DNA of 64,000 bases, taken from assembly GCA_963817385.1 (NCBI GenBank), contig CAWFOM010000008.1:172127-236126 (forward strand), in the 5' to 3' direction. The first letter of the stretch is position 1; each line of letters opens with the position of its first letter. Of this stretch, positions 49,938-59,374 are shown piece after piece. Below the pieces are notes generated by a model. The model made no database searches and was not told the DNA's origin. It saw only the letters and a program-made list of their open reading frames with translations. Source of the DNA: an uncultured delta proteobacterium. GTDB taxonomy: Bacteria; Desulfobacterota; Syntrophia; Syntrophales; UBA5619. The translations under genes and the position numbers were made by a program.

Positions 49938-49976
49938 ATCTCGGTTCTTCGACCTTCAAATCGATCTTCATCAGTT

Positions 49977-50026
49977 AACGTCTTTAAATCCGTTAGTCAC
50001 GGGTCCGATTCCCGTACGACCCACTA
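49977..50026 (+). pseudogene. Degenerate 3' half of a tRNA (Lys-like); probable att-site remnant
   Basis: AACGTCTTTAAATCCGTTAGTCACGGGTCCGATTCCCGTACGACCCACTA = decayed anticodon arm, intact T stem ACGGG/CCCGT and ACGACCCA acceptor strand; no 5' half. Confidence 0.65.
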
Positions 50027-50033
50027 ATGAAAT

Positions 50034-50068
50034 AAAGAGGTTACAGCTTTCAGACTGTAACCCTTTTT
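50034..50068. terminator. Hairpin/terminator after the tRNA remnant and downstream of the GGDEF gene
   Basis: AAAGAGGTTACAG...CTGTAACCCTTTTT. Confidence 0.65.
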
Positions 50069-50115
50069 CCTTTACTGGTCTCTTTGTACCGATTTAGGGG
50101 CTGGTATTGGTTTAT

Positions 50116-51435
50116 TTACCTGACGGCGGCTTCCGCCTGAGTCACGAGATCGAACAGCGAACAATCTTTTTCTCCGGTGGCCAAGCCAATGGATAGATTC
50201 AACGGCTCGCCCTTGTGCTGCTTGTTGTGCGCCTCGATGTTCCTCCTGAGCCTCAGGAGGATATTTTCTCCGATGGATCGGTCCGACGAGGGCATGAGTG
50301 CTGCGAATCGGTCACCGCCGATCCTGGCGACCACATCCTCGGTGCGGAAGATCTTCAGGATTTTGGCCGTCTGCTTCAAGAGCTCATTCCCCGCAGCAAT
50401 GCCTTCGCTCTCATTGACGGCAAGCAGGTCATCCACCTTTACCGTGATAACACTGATCGGGAACTGCCTTCCTTTTTCAAGCCGATTCAACTCCTCCTCG
50501 AAATAGGTCCTATTGTAAAGGCCGGTCAGCACATCGTGGAAGCTCATATAGCAGAGCTTTTCTTCCGTTTCCCGAAGATCGCTGACGTCGATCGCCAGGC
50601 AGATGACGCCGACGATGTTTCCCGCATCGTCCCGGTAGGGCGTCCGGTCATTCTGAATCCAGCGCCTCCCGCGGAGACTGGGCAGAATCTCTATGAATCC
50701 CCGCTTCGAAATGCCGGAAGACATGACCTGATCACTCACTTCGAAGTAGTGAGAAAGCTGCGCCGCCGGCAGGTTCGGAAACAACTCCGTGAATGTCTTA
50801 CCGATGATCTGTTCGAGAGGAAAACCGAGAGATTTGCAGAAAGCCTTGTTGGCCTGGATAAAGCGGTGCTCCTTGTCCGTGTAGAATATGCTGGCCGGAA
50901 TGGAATTCAGGACAATCTGCAGGTCGCTGCGTTGCCGCTGCAATTCCTCGTCAATTCGCTTTTGCATGCTGATGTTGCGGAGCATGCCATGGATGGCGAC
51001 ACCCCATTTGTAGGGGATGAAGAGAACAAATGTCTCACACTCGATTCTTACACCGTCCCTGGTCATGCCGGTGAAGTCGTATTGCTGAGCCGAAAACTCA
51101 CCCCGACACCCTTTCCGGTATTTCTCCTGGATGAAGTTTCTGCTTTCCGGCGCGATCAGCTTCATCAGATCGAATCCTTGATGGCAGACCTCTTCCGGCG
51201 TGACACCAAATATCTCGGCGAACTGATCATTGATGAATTCGTATTTTCTTTCGAAAATCACATAAACAGCCTCTTTCATGTGATTTACCTGCGGAAAGTA
51301 GCGGCCCATCCTCTCCCCAAAGTCCCGCTGCGCCTGCCCGACCTCCATCTCCATTGCTTCCAGCTCGGAATTCCTCAACTGCAAGGCGGCAATTTCATCG
51401 ATGAGCTGCTTCTTGGTTTTGCTGGATGTCTTCAT
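50116..51435 (-). CDS. PAS-PAS-GGDEF protein with degenerate active site (GGDRF)
   Basis: Two PAS domains, SFHDVLTGLYNR, RTEDVVARIGGDRF. Confidence 0.9.
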   Translation of the reverse strand: MKTSSKTKKQLIDEIAALQLRNSELEAMEMEVGQAQRDFGERMGRYFPQVNHMKEAVYVIFERKYEFINDQFAEIFGVTPEEVCHQGFDLMKLIAPESRNFIQEKYRKGCRGEFSAQQYDFTGMTRDGVRIECETFVLFIPYKWGVAIHGMLRNISMQKRIDEELQRQRSDLQIVLNSIPASIFYTDKEHRFIQANKAFCKSLGFPLEQIIGKTFTELFPNLPAAQLSHYFEVSDQVMSSGISKRGFIEILPSLRGRRWIQNDRTPYRDDAGNIVGVICLAIDVSDLRETEEKLCYMSFHDVLTGLYNRTYFEEELNRLEKGRQFPISVITVKVDDLLAVNESEGIAAGNELLKQTAKILKIFRTEDVVARIGGDRFAALMPSSDRSIGENILLRLRRNIEAHNKQHKGEPLNLSIGLATGEKDCSLFDLVTQAEAAVR

Positions 51436-51649
51436 GTTTTTCAGCTCCTTATCGCAATGATAGTAAGTGGTACTGAAAAATTGACTTTAGCGCATGATTT
51501 TATTAACTATCCTTAACTATTGATAATAAGATGTTTTGTCAAGACATTTTTTAAAATCCTACGACGATTGGACACGGTATGGAACCGAAGATTTTCTGGT
51601 CCGTTTCGGCGGAAAGGGTCGGCCTGGTGCTTACATCAACAAGCGATCC

Positions 51650-51836
51650 TGTCGGAAATCTTTACATTCCTATGAACCGTAAAATATTTCATTAATTTAA
51701 CCACTTAGGGAAAATCGTTAAGAAATACTGTCGAGTTTCTTTACATTTTTTTCCTAATAAGAAATAAATCCTCTACGGGAAATAGTATAATAACGTGAAA
51801 TACTATATTGTTACACAACTTGGCATACATTTGGCA
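51650..51836 (+). promoter_or_regulatory. Sigma54 promoter with two upstream enhancer-binding sites (PEP-CTERM/PrsR-type)
   Basis: TGTCGGAAATCTTTACA (51650-51666) and TGTCGAGTTTCTTTACA (51729-51745), both TGT-N11-ACA; TGGCAT-N5-TGGCA with GG/GC at -24/-12 spacing (51821-51836). Confidence 0.75.
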
Positions 51837-51875
51837 TTGATACGTTTACATTCATTTATTAAGGAGAACTTGCAT

Positions 51876-52699
51876 ATGAAAAATCTGACCTTCACAAATA
51901 AAATTGCAATTGCAACGCTGGTTCTTGCTTCGGCTGCTACATTTATGGTCGTTGTTGGGAGCGCATACGCCATCTCTCTACGGCACTCGAAATCACCAAA
52001 TACGATGGTGTAGGCACTTATGGATCGGAGCTGCCGGGGAAGACAATGAAACAGAGCCAAATATGGTCCTGAGTCAAGCGTGGGATCTTGAGGGGTTCTT
52101 TCTGAATGGGAAAATCCTCACGATTGTCGGTGGGTATAATTTCTATACCGGGTAAGAAAATATGAAGGCCGGTGATATCTTCATCGATACCAACGGTGAT
52201 GCTGTCTATTCACCTAATACAATTCCAGGTTTTGATTATAATCCGGGCTACAAAGAAGTCAGCAATGGGCTGTTTAAATATGATTACGTACTGGACATAA
52301 ACTGGGCAGTGGCACGTTCGATATCGTCAACTTGATCTACAGGATTCCATGCTCAAGGAACCGAGTATGGAGACGTTATATAACATGCCCTCCAATCCTT
52401 GGATATATGTCTCTGGAGGTAGCATAATCAATACGAGAGAGTTCCGTATCTTTCAATACGTACGGATAAATCTCGCAGAGGCGATACCGGCTTCTCAGGA
52501 TGGGAGGACGAACGACAAGCATTACGTCGCAACCTTCGATATCAGTGCGATTGATCTCAGCAACGGTGCTGTTTTCCATAACACCATGGAATGCGGGAAC
52601 GACAACCTTATCGGGCAAGTCCCCGAACCCACTACCATGCTTCTCCTCGGTCTTGGGCTGATCGGGTTGGTAGGAGTCAGTAGAAAGTTTAAGAAGTAA
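51876..52699 (+). pseudogene. PEP-CTERM exosortase-target surface protein, disrupted (several frameshifts plus an in-frame TAA)
   Basis: SD AAGGAG, signal peptide MKNLTFTNKIAIATLVLA.., GEDNETEP..WDLEGFFL..YTG*ENMKAGDIFID, C-terminus HNTMECGND..VPEPTTMLLLGLGLIGLVGVSRKFKK. Confidence 0.8.
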
Positions 52700-52788
52700 C
52701 GAAACATAAAAAGCATACTTATTTGCGGAAAGGCAGGGTCCCAATAGCGAGCCGATAGCTTAACGTATTGAAAAAGTACTTAACCTTT

Positions 52789-52828
52789 ATCCCCCTACGA
52801 GATAAAATCTCGGTAGGGGGATTTTTTT
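52789..52828 (+). terminator. Intrinsic terminator
   Basis: ATCCCCCTAC-GAGAT..ATCTC-GTAGGGGGAT TTTTTT. Confidence 0.75.
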
Positions 52829-52969
52829 GACCAACTGGACCAACCCAGTTAGAGCGCTATCCCATCTCTACCGAATTCAAGACCCAAGACCTGACTCCCA
52901 TTCCGCATGGAATCCGGAATGCCGCCAAAAAGTCATCTATTTTTGCATATGAGGGATCAAATGAAAATT

Positions 52970-54586
52970 TCATTTAGCATCACCGGCTGCTACAGGGGAG
53001 AAAAATGCAAGGCACGCTTGGCGATCGACTTTGCCGTTGGTATTCTTTGGAAGAGACTTGATAAACCTGACTTCACTGGGAATTTTAAATTTAGGTAATT
53101 TCTCAGCACAGAATGTCATTACCTTCTGGGAAGTGCAATCGCCATCTGTCGGAACCGTCAAGGCGACAAGACGCTGTCCCAGAAATTCGTCGGGCAGACC
53201 CAAAACAACGGCTTCAACGAACAAACCCGATCGCATCAATGTATCCTCGATATCCTGGGGGTTGAGACGGTGACCGCCGACCTTGAGCAGGTCATCCTTG
53301 CGTCCGGCGAGGGTGAAAAAGCCTTCTTTGTCCCTGAATGCTTGGTCCCCCGTATGGTACCATCCGCCGGCCAGGGCTTTCGCCGTAGCCTCTGGGTTGT
53401 TCCAATAGCCCTGCATGATGTTAGAACCTGATGCAACGAGTTCACCTATGACACCGGCGGCTGCTTCATTTCCGTCTTCTTTCACGACTCTGAGCGTCAC
53501 ACCCGGTATGGCCTTTCCGATGGAGTCCATCTTGTCCGTAAAGTCTGAAGGTTCCAGATAGGACAGTCTTGCGGCTGCTTCGGTGGCGCCATACATAATG
53601 ATGATTGCTGTGTGACACGGAAGGATCTCGCTCAATTTCTCCTTGATCGCTTTGGCCATATGCCCGCCGGCCTGGCTTACGTACCGGAGAGAGACAAGTT
53701 GATCACGCATTGCGGCCAGAGGAGAGCGGTGGATGAGATAAGCGAACGTGGAGGGCACCCCCGAAAAACCCGTCACCTTTTCAGCAACCATCTCCTTGAG
53801 AACAGCGGCAGGAAAAGCAAACCGGTTATTGATCACGACGCTTCCACCAACCGCAAAATGGGTATTCAGTAAAGACTTTCCCATGACATAGAAAAAGGGC
53901 AATACGACCATCTGGATATCATTTTCCGTAAGGCGGAGATACTGACAAATGGAAAACACGTTATCGACTATGTTTCTGTGAGACAGCATAACGCCCTTGG
54001 GTCCGCCCGTCGATCCGGAGGTGTAGATGATGGAAGCGAGGCCGGAATCCCCAATGGTAGAGAGGATAGAGCATGGGGCAGAGGGGGAAGAGGGAGTGAC
54101 AGAGCCGAAGTCGATAACAGCATAGGGCAAAGAGCACGGGACACAGGGTTTGTTAAGGAGCAGGTGCGAGAGGCCGAAGTCGGCTAAATGAGAGGAGGAG
54201 ATGACCTTCTCGAACTTCGATGAGGATATGAGAATTCGGGCTTCGAGATCGTTAATGGCGTATCGCAACCCTTCGGGCTTAAGGTCACTGTTGAGAGGGA
54301 CAGCGACAGCTCCGGCCTTCATGATGCCGTAGTAGCTAACTACGTATTCGAGGGAGTTCTCCATAAGGATAGCTATTCGATCGCCCTTTTGGACTCCAGC
54401 AGAGATGAGGTAAGAAGCAAGGTTGTTAGCGCGATTATTTATTTCTGAATAGGTTGCGCGGACTGGGCCATGGATGAGAGCAACCTTGTCCGGGAACAGC
54501 AACGCACTCCGTTCGAGGAAATGGTGGACGAGTTGCACATCCGGGTCAATAGGTTCGATCGGTACCATTGAGTCTGTTGCGTTCAT
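52970..54586 (-). CDS. AMP-dependent acyl-CoA/acyl-ACP ligase (exosortase-associated type)
   Basis: YTSGSTGGPKG, MYGATE, YHTGD, GRKDDLLK, KNTNGK. Confidence 0.9.
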   Translation of the reverse strand: MNATDSMVPIEPIDPDVQLVHHFLERSALLFPDKVALIHGPVRATYSEINNRANNLASYLISAGVQKGDRIAILMENSLEYVVSYYGIMKAGAVAVPLNSDLKPEGLRYAINDLEARILISSSKFEKVISSSHLADFGLSHLLLNKPCVPCSLPYAVIDFGSVTPSSPSAPCSILSTIGDSGLASIIYTSGSTGGPKGVMLSHRNIVDNVFSICQYLRLTENDIQMVVLPFFYVMGKSLLNTHFAVGGSVVINNRFAFPAAVLKEMVAEKVTGFSGVPSTFAYLIHRSPLAAMRDQLVSLRYVSQAGGHMAKAIKEKLSEILPCHTAIIIMYGATEAAARLSYLEPSDFTDKMDSIGKAIPGVTLRVVKEDGNEAAAGVIGELVASGSNIMQGYWNNPEATAKALAGGWYHTGDQAFRDKEGFFTLAGRKDDLLKVGGHRLNPQDIEDTLMRSGLFVEAVVLGLPDEFLGQRLVALTVPTDGDCTSQKVMTFCAEKLPKFKIPSEVRFIKSLPKNTNGKVDRQACLAFFSPVAAGDAK

Positions 54587-54606
54587 TGTGTGCTGTGTCC
54601 GATCGG

Positions 54607-55620
54607 TTAGAGTCCTAATTTCTTTCTGGCGTAATCGACCATCGATGGGTCCTGAGGAGCGTAGATCTTCGCGATGCCATCGGCGCGGGACATGACACCC
54701 TGGCGGACCATGTTGGCGATTTCCCAAACATACGGATGAAACTTGTGCCGCTCAAGATGGCACTGGTTTGCAAAGGCATTCAGCAGGCAATTGGTGGAAT
54801 TAGTGTCCGTGTTTGTCGGAAACCTCCAGCCTATCGTTTCTAACTCTGATTTTATCTTCTCTTCATCATAGTCAAAGAAGGCCAGGGGATGGACGTTGTA
54901 TGGGAAAACATCCTTGTATAAATCGTAATATGTAATAGGCAGGAGGCATGAGGCCATTGACGAAAGCAAATTGGGCGGAAGGGCGGCCTTCAGGACCTTC
55001 TGATTCTGGCGGATGAGGCTTGGGTTTGTCTTCATGATGGCCGATTGGATGGGCGCCTGTCCCGGCGACCAGCCAAAAGCAACCAAAGGGATTGACATCT
55101 CCAGGGCGGTTTTAAGGGCAAGGCCCTTGACGATGCCGATACATGCCGTACACATGGAGCTGGCCCGCAGCAGTGTTGCGGGAGAAAAGATGTCTTCCCG
55201 GGCTGTGACGGTGAAAAGCTCTTTCATGAGAGACCACGAGGGCCTCAAGGTCATATGATCGACTCCCAGACCATCGACGACCGTCCTGATGTTATCCCAG
55301 GCGACAGGCGGCACAAAGTGGTTATCGAGGGTGAGGGCAATGATTCTCAGACCGTAGCGCTCCTTGAGGAGTTTCAGGGTGTAACTCGAATCCTTGCCTC
55401 CGCTATAAGCCATCACGGCATCGTAGGCCGGCGCTCTGTCTCTGGTGGCCGAGATGAGGTCGTCCAGCTTCTGGCGGTACTCTGCCTTCTTGGCACTGCT
55501 CTTGGAAAGGACAGCTTCTTCTTGTCGACAGTGGCTGCAAACGCCGTCAGTGTCGAACTTGACGTTGGGGAAAGTCTCAGGCAGTATGCATCTATTACAG
55601 ATTTTCAATGAAACCTCCAT
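54607..55620 (-). CDS. PP-loop ATPase, N-acetyl-sugar amidotransferase-like, with N-terminal Cys cluster
   Basis: CNRC..CSHC, YSGGKDS, CTAC, STNC. Confidence 0.75.
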   Translation of the reverse strand: MEVSLKICNRCILPETFPNVKFDTDGVCSHCRQEEAVLSKSSAKKAEYRQKLDDLISATRDRAPAYDAVMAYSGGKDSSYTLKLLKERYGLRIIALTLDNHFVPPVAWDNIRTVVDGLGVDHMTLRPSWSLMKELFTVTAREDIFSPATLLRASSMCTACIGIVKGLALKTALEMSIPLVAFGWSPGQAPIQSAIMKTNPSLIRQNQKVLKAALPPNLLSSMASCLLPITYYDLYKDVFPYNVHPLAFFDYDEEKIKSELETIGWRFPTNTDTNSTNCLLNAFANQCHLERHKFHPYVWEIANMVRQGVMSRADGIAKIYAPQDPSMVDYARKKLGL

Positions 55621-55685
55621 GTCGTCTTTTTCTTCGTACTCCCCATCTCGAACAATCCCACTCCAGCGGGAGAGTGGGCCGTGAA

Positions 55686-57674
55686 TCACGCCTTGGAACG
55701 GAAGTCGTAGACCTTCACATTCTCCGGTTCCACGACTTGCCGGTACGGAAAGTTCCTGATGAATAGCTCGTCCAGGAGTTGTGTGGATAGTATGCCGATG
55801 AGGCCCATGTTTTCGCGCTCGCTCAAAAGGTGCCCCTTCTGCCGGTGGATTTTGTCGACCAGCTTGGAGACCTTTCCCGGATGGAAGTACCCCTTGTCGC
55901 GCAGGCTTTCCTCAGAGAGGAGTTCATCCACATAGTCGAGCTTGTGGTCCCCGAAAAAGCATCGACTGGCCGGTGCACGATAGGGCTGCTTTTGGCGATA
56001 CGCCAGTTCACGAGGGATGAGATCGGCGGCAGCCGCTCTCAATATGAACTTGTCTTTCAGACCCCGCAGCCGGTAGTATGGCGGCACACGGGTTGCGAAC
56101 TCGACAACCCGGTAATCCAGGAAAGGGAAGCGACCCTCGACTGCGTGGGCCATCGCCATTCGGTCTCCCTGCGAAGATAAGAGGTAGTTGGAGAGAAACA
56201 ACGTGCTTTCGGTATACTGGGCACGTGACAGGGGATCCCAATCGAGGAAGTCCGGAGGAAGCGCCGAAGTGAAACGATCGATGAAAGCACCGGCTTTCGT
56301 GCTTCTCTCCTGCAACTCGCCGGAGAAGAATCCCTTGAGAAGCGCCGTATTTTCCCACCGGATCATGTGGGAATAGGCTGGAGAGTCTACTTGGCTCAAA
56401 CCTTTCTTAAAGAAATTCTCCAAGAAGAGTGCAGCCCTTGAATCGGCATGACTGAAAATATCGGAGTATAGTCTGGCAAAAAGTTTTGGACGCACTTTTG
56501 ACTCAGGTTGTTTGGCCCAGAATCGGCGTATTTTGTCCTCTTTGAAGATATCGTATCCCGCGAATATTTCGTCCGATCCTTCACCGGTAAGGACAACCTT
56601 GAAATTGTTTTCCCTGACCAATTTCGACAACAGAAAAAGAGGGGCAGGTGCGGTACGGAGGAGAGGCGTCTCCGCATGCCAGACAACGTCAGGAAAGATC
56701 TCCCCGATGTCGTTATCTGTGCACCTGATCATCCTATGATCCGTTCCCAGGAATTGGACCGCCTTCATCTGGAAGAGGGCTTCGTCAAATCGGCTGTCTG
56801 AAAAGCTGACCGAGAATGTGCAAAGTTTATTGTTAAAATAGTTTTTGACAAGAGAGCTCGTATAGGTGCTGTCCAGACCGCCGCTGAGATAGGCCCCAAC
56901 CGGCACATCGGCCCTGAGCCGGATGCGGCAGGCATCCTGGAGGAGGTCTTTCAGTTCTTCCCGCCATTCTGAAAACGGCCGCCCATTGACCCGCTGCCTG
57001 CCGAATGGAATCTGCCAGTAGCGCTGAGTCTTCATGCCTTCCGGTGTAATAACCGCATAATGACCTGCCATAACCTGGCGTATTCCCTCGAAAGGAGTAT
57101 TGTCGCCTACCGGTGTCCAGCAGGTAAAAACATCGGCGAGCGTCATCGGGTCGAGGGTCCGTTGGGCCGTTGGATCGGCAAAGATCGCTTTCATTTCGGA
57201 AGCGAAGGTGATGCGAGGACCATCGAGCTTGTAAAACAAGGGTCTGATGCCCATCCTGTCCCGGGCGAGAAACAACTGTTTCTTGCGGGTATCCCACAAA
57301 GCAAGGCCGAACTGACCATTCAGGTCGTGCAGCATTGCCGGACCCTTTTCCTCGTACAAGTGTAAGAGAACTTCGGTATCGGTATTTGTATAGAACTTGT
57401 GCCCTCGCGCTTCGAGACCGGGGCGGAGTTCGACATAGTTGAAGACCTCACCATTGTAAACAATCCATAGGGATTCATCTTCGTTGTGAATGGGTTGGTC
57501 GCCACCGGGAAGATCGATAATGCTGAGGCGGGTCGAGGCAAGACCGGCGACGTCATCCATATAGATGCCAAAGGCATCAGGACCGCGATGGCGGATGAGG
57601 CCAAGCATACGGCGAAGCAACCCCTCGTCGGGTTTCCTGCCGCTAAAGTCAACTATTCCGCAGATACCGCACAT
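55686..57674 (-). CDS. asnB: Asparagine synthase (glutamine-hydrolysing) family amidotransferase
   Basis: MCGICG, HRGPD, RLSIID, NGEVFN, LSGGLDS, TGEGSDE, EGRFPFLD. Confidence 0.92.
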   Translation of the reverse strand: MCGICGIVDFSGRKPDEGLLRRMLGLIRHRGPDAFGIYMDDVAGLASTRLSIIDLPGGDQPIHNEDESLWIVYNGEVFNYVELRPGLEARGHKFYTNTDTEVLLHLYEEKGPAMLHDLNGQFGLALWDTRKKQLFLARDRMGIRPLFYKLDGPRITFASEMKAIFADPTAQRTLDPMTLADVFTCWTPVGDNTPFEGIRQVMAGHYAVITPEGMKTQRYWQIPFGRQRVNGRPFSEWREELKDLLQDACRIRLRADVPVGAYLSGGLDSTYTSSLVKNYFNNKLCTFSVSFSDSRFDEALFQMKAVQFLGTDHRMIRCTDNDIGEIFPDVVWHAETPLLRTAPAPLFLLSKLVRENNFKVVLTGEGSDEIFAGYDIFKEDKIRRFWAKQPESKVRPKLFARLYSDIFSHADSRAALFLENFFKKGLSQVDSPAYSHMIRWENTALLKGFFSGELQERSTKAGAFIDRFTSALPPDFLDWDPLSRAQYTESTLFLSNYLLSSQGDRMAMAHAVEGRFPFLDYRVVEFATRVPPYYRLRGLKDKFILRAAAADLIPRELAYRQKQPYRAPASRCFFGDHKLDYVDELLSEESLRDKGYFHPGKVSKLVDKIHRQKGHLLSERENMGLIGILSTQLLDELFIRNFPYRQVVEPENVKVYDFRSKA

Positions 57675-57692
57675 TTTTTTCTGTTTTATTCT

Positions 57693-57968
57693 CTAAGCAG
57701 TGCCGGCCGCTCGGGCCATAGATAATTTTTGCTGAACAAAATAGGTGATGTCCAGAATGGTATCGAGGTTGTCGGGAACGACTTCCTCATCTGCCACTTT
57801 GATGCCGTACGTCTCCTCGATAAAGGCAATGAGTTCGAGGACACCGGTCGAGTCTATAATGCCATTCTCCAACAGTGAGTCTTTCTCGTTGACTCCTTTC
57901 TCTCTGTCGCCAAACAGAAAATTGCTGGTAATAAAATCAACGATCTGTTGTTTTATCTGTTGTTCCAT
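57693..57968 (-). CDS. Acyl carrier protein
   Basis: LLENGIIDSTGVLELIAFIEETYGI phosphopantetheine motif. Confidence 0.9.
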   Translation of the reverse strand: MEQQIKQQIVDFITSNFLFGDREKGVNEKDSLLENGIIDSTGVLELIAFIEETYGIKVADEEVVPDNLDTILDITYFVQQKLSMARAAGTA

Positions 57969-58018
57969 ATTTGCTCCCAACGTTCAACCGGCTCAGCACA
58001 TATTTAAAAAAAGAGATT

Positions 58019-59374
58019 TCATGACCTATGAAAGTACCTGTAATACACGTACTTTGCTATGTCCCTCGGATTGCTTCCCCACTCTATTTCCCCTCTTATG
58101 ATCAGACTATCCTTCCCACCTTCGGGGCCCTTTCTGAAATCGTGCGTCTTTACCTCCACCCGTGTCTCGTCCGGCACTCCTCCGCCCTCCTCGGCACATT
58201 TTACCAGGTACTGGTGTAAAGGGCTCTTCTTGTTGTCCGGATCATGAATGGGCACCCCCGAGTTGGGGTAGAGTAAATACTTTGATGCGTGATAGTCGAG
58301 AGCAACCGGATCCGTGGAGGCCAGAATTGTCCGTGTGTGTGCAACGGGCGGGTTGGTTCGAGAAGTCAGACCAACCCACTCAGCCGTCGTAATGTTCAGG
58401 TCAGCCATCCTTATTGACTTCATATACGTTCCGATCGCTTTCCCCAATATGCCGGGAACAGGGCCTGGAGCCGAGCCGTCAAATGCAAAAGAATGAAAAT
58501 TGTAGTATGGTCCGGTCAGACGGCCTGCGGCGGCCGGGTTCGAAACTACGCTCAGATCGGTAATGCCCATGTAATTCTTTATGGCACTCGTCACGCCACA
58601 GAATGCGCTGTGATGATTCAAGGCGGCTAAGTTGATAAATCGAAGGGGCTGCCCCGTGTGCGCTCCTTTTTCCCACACGCCGTTCTTAAAGTCAACGATA
58701 GTTCCCCTATCTGTCCGAAATATGGGGTAGGTCATAATGGTTGAGCGAAAATTTCCGCCGGCAGCGCCATTGTCGCACTTAATCAACGGCAATCCGCCCG
58801 TGCCGTCGCAGTATGCATATCCGTCACCGTCTTTCGGAGAGAACACCCGCTTTGCACCACTGGTCACATTTACCAAATGAACCGTGGAAAAACGAGCCCC
58901 ATACCTCCCCTTCAAATGCGCGCACAATTCGCTCATGTTCCTTACGTCTGGAACATCGGAATTCCGCTCAAACGACGGAACCCACCCGGAGTGGAGCGAT
59001 TTCCATGGCATTGCACCCCTGTGGCAATTCTCCACAACGACTACCTCACCCGTGAATCCACCGATCCGGTTTATGATAAGATCAACCAAAGCTCTGAGTG
59101 CGGCAAGGTTGGGAGCCCCCTGATTCCACCACTGAACGTTCGGCTTGATCAGCACTACCGCATCCGGCTCGATGAGCTTCTCTATCCCGCCCATCATCTC
59201 CACAATTTTTTTGATGTTCTCATCCGGCGACCCGTTCACAGTCCTGTAAATGGTGCATAAGGGATCCTTACCCGGATTGTTATTGTACGGCTTGCTTGCG
59301 GCAAGAGCCCTTGCTCCCGTAGTTAGAAACAGAGCGCCCATAAGAATTCTCTTCAGGAAATCTCTTCTAATCAT
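58019..59374 (-). CDS. Tat-exported DUF362-family protein
   Basis: MIRRDFLK twin-arginine signal, VLIKPN, AIKNYMG, STDPVALD. Confidence 0.75.
   Translation of the reverse strand: MIRRDFLKRILMGALFLTTGARALAASKPYNNNPGKDPLCTIYRTVNGSPDENIKKIVEMMGGIEKLIEPDAVVLIKPNVQWWNQGAPNLAALRALVDLIINRIGGFTGEVVVVENCHRGAMPWKSLHSGWVPSFERNSDVPDVRNMSELCAHLKGRYGARFSTVHLVNVTSGAKRVFSPKDGDGYAYCDGTGGLPLIKCDNGAAGGNFRSTIMTYPIFRTDRGTIVDFKNGVWEKGAHTGQPLRFINLAALNHHSAFCGVTSAIKNYMGITDLSVVSNPAAAGRLTGPYYNFHSFAFDGSAPGPVPGILGKAIGTYMKSIRMADLNITTAEWVGLTSRTNPPVAHTRTILASTDPVALDYHASKYLLYPNSGVPIHDPDNKKSPLHQYLVKCAEEGGGVPDETRVEVKTHDFRKGPEGGKDSLIIRGEIEWGSNPRDIAKYVYYRYFHRS

Noticed and set aside
52876..52900. CAAGACCCAAGACCTGACTCC as a REP/transposase end motif
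   Set aside because: Single short occurrence with no transposase nearby; cannot be supported from this window.
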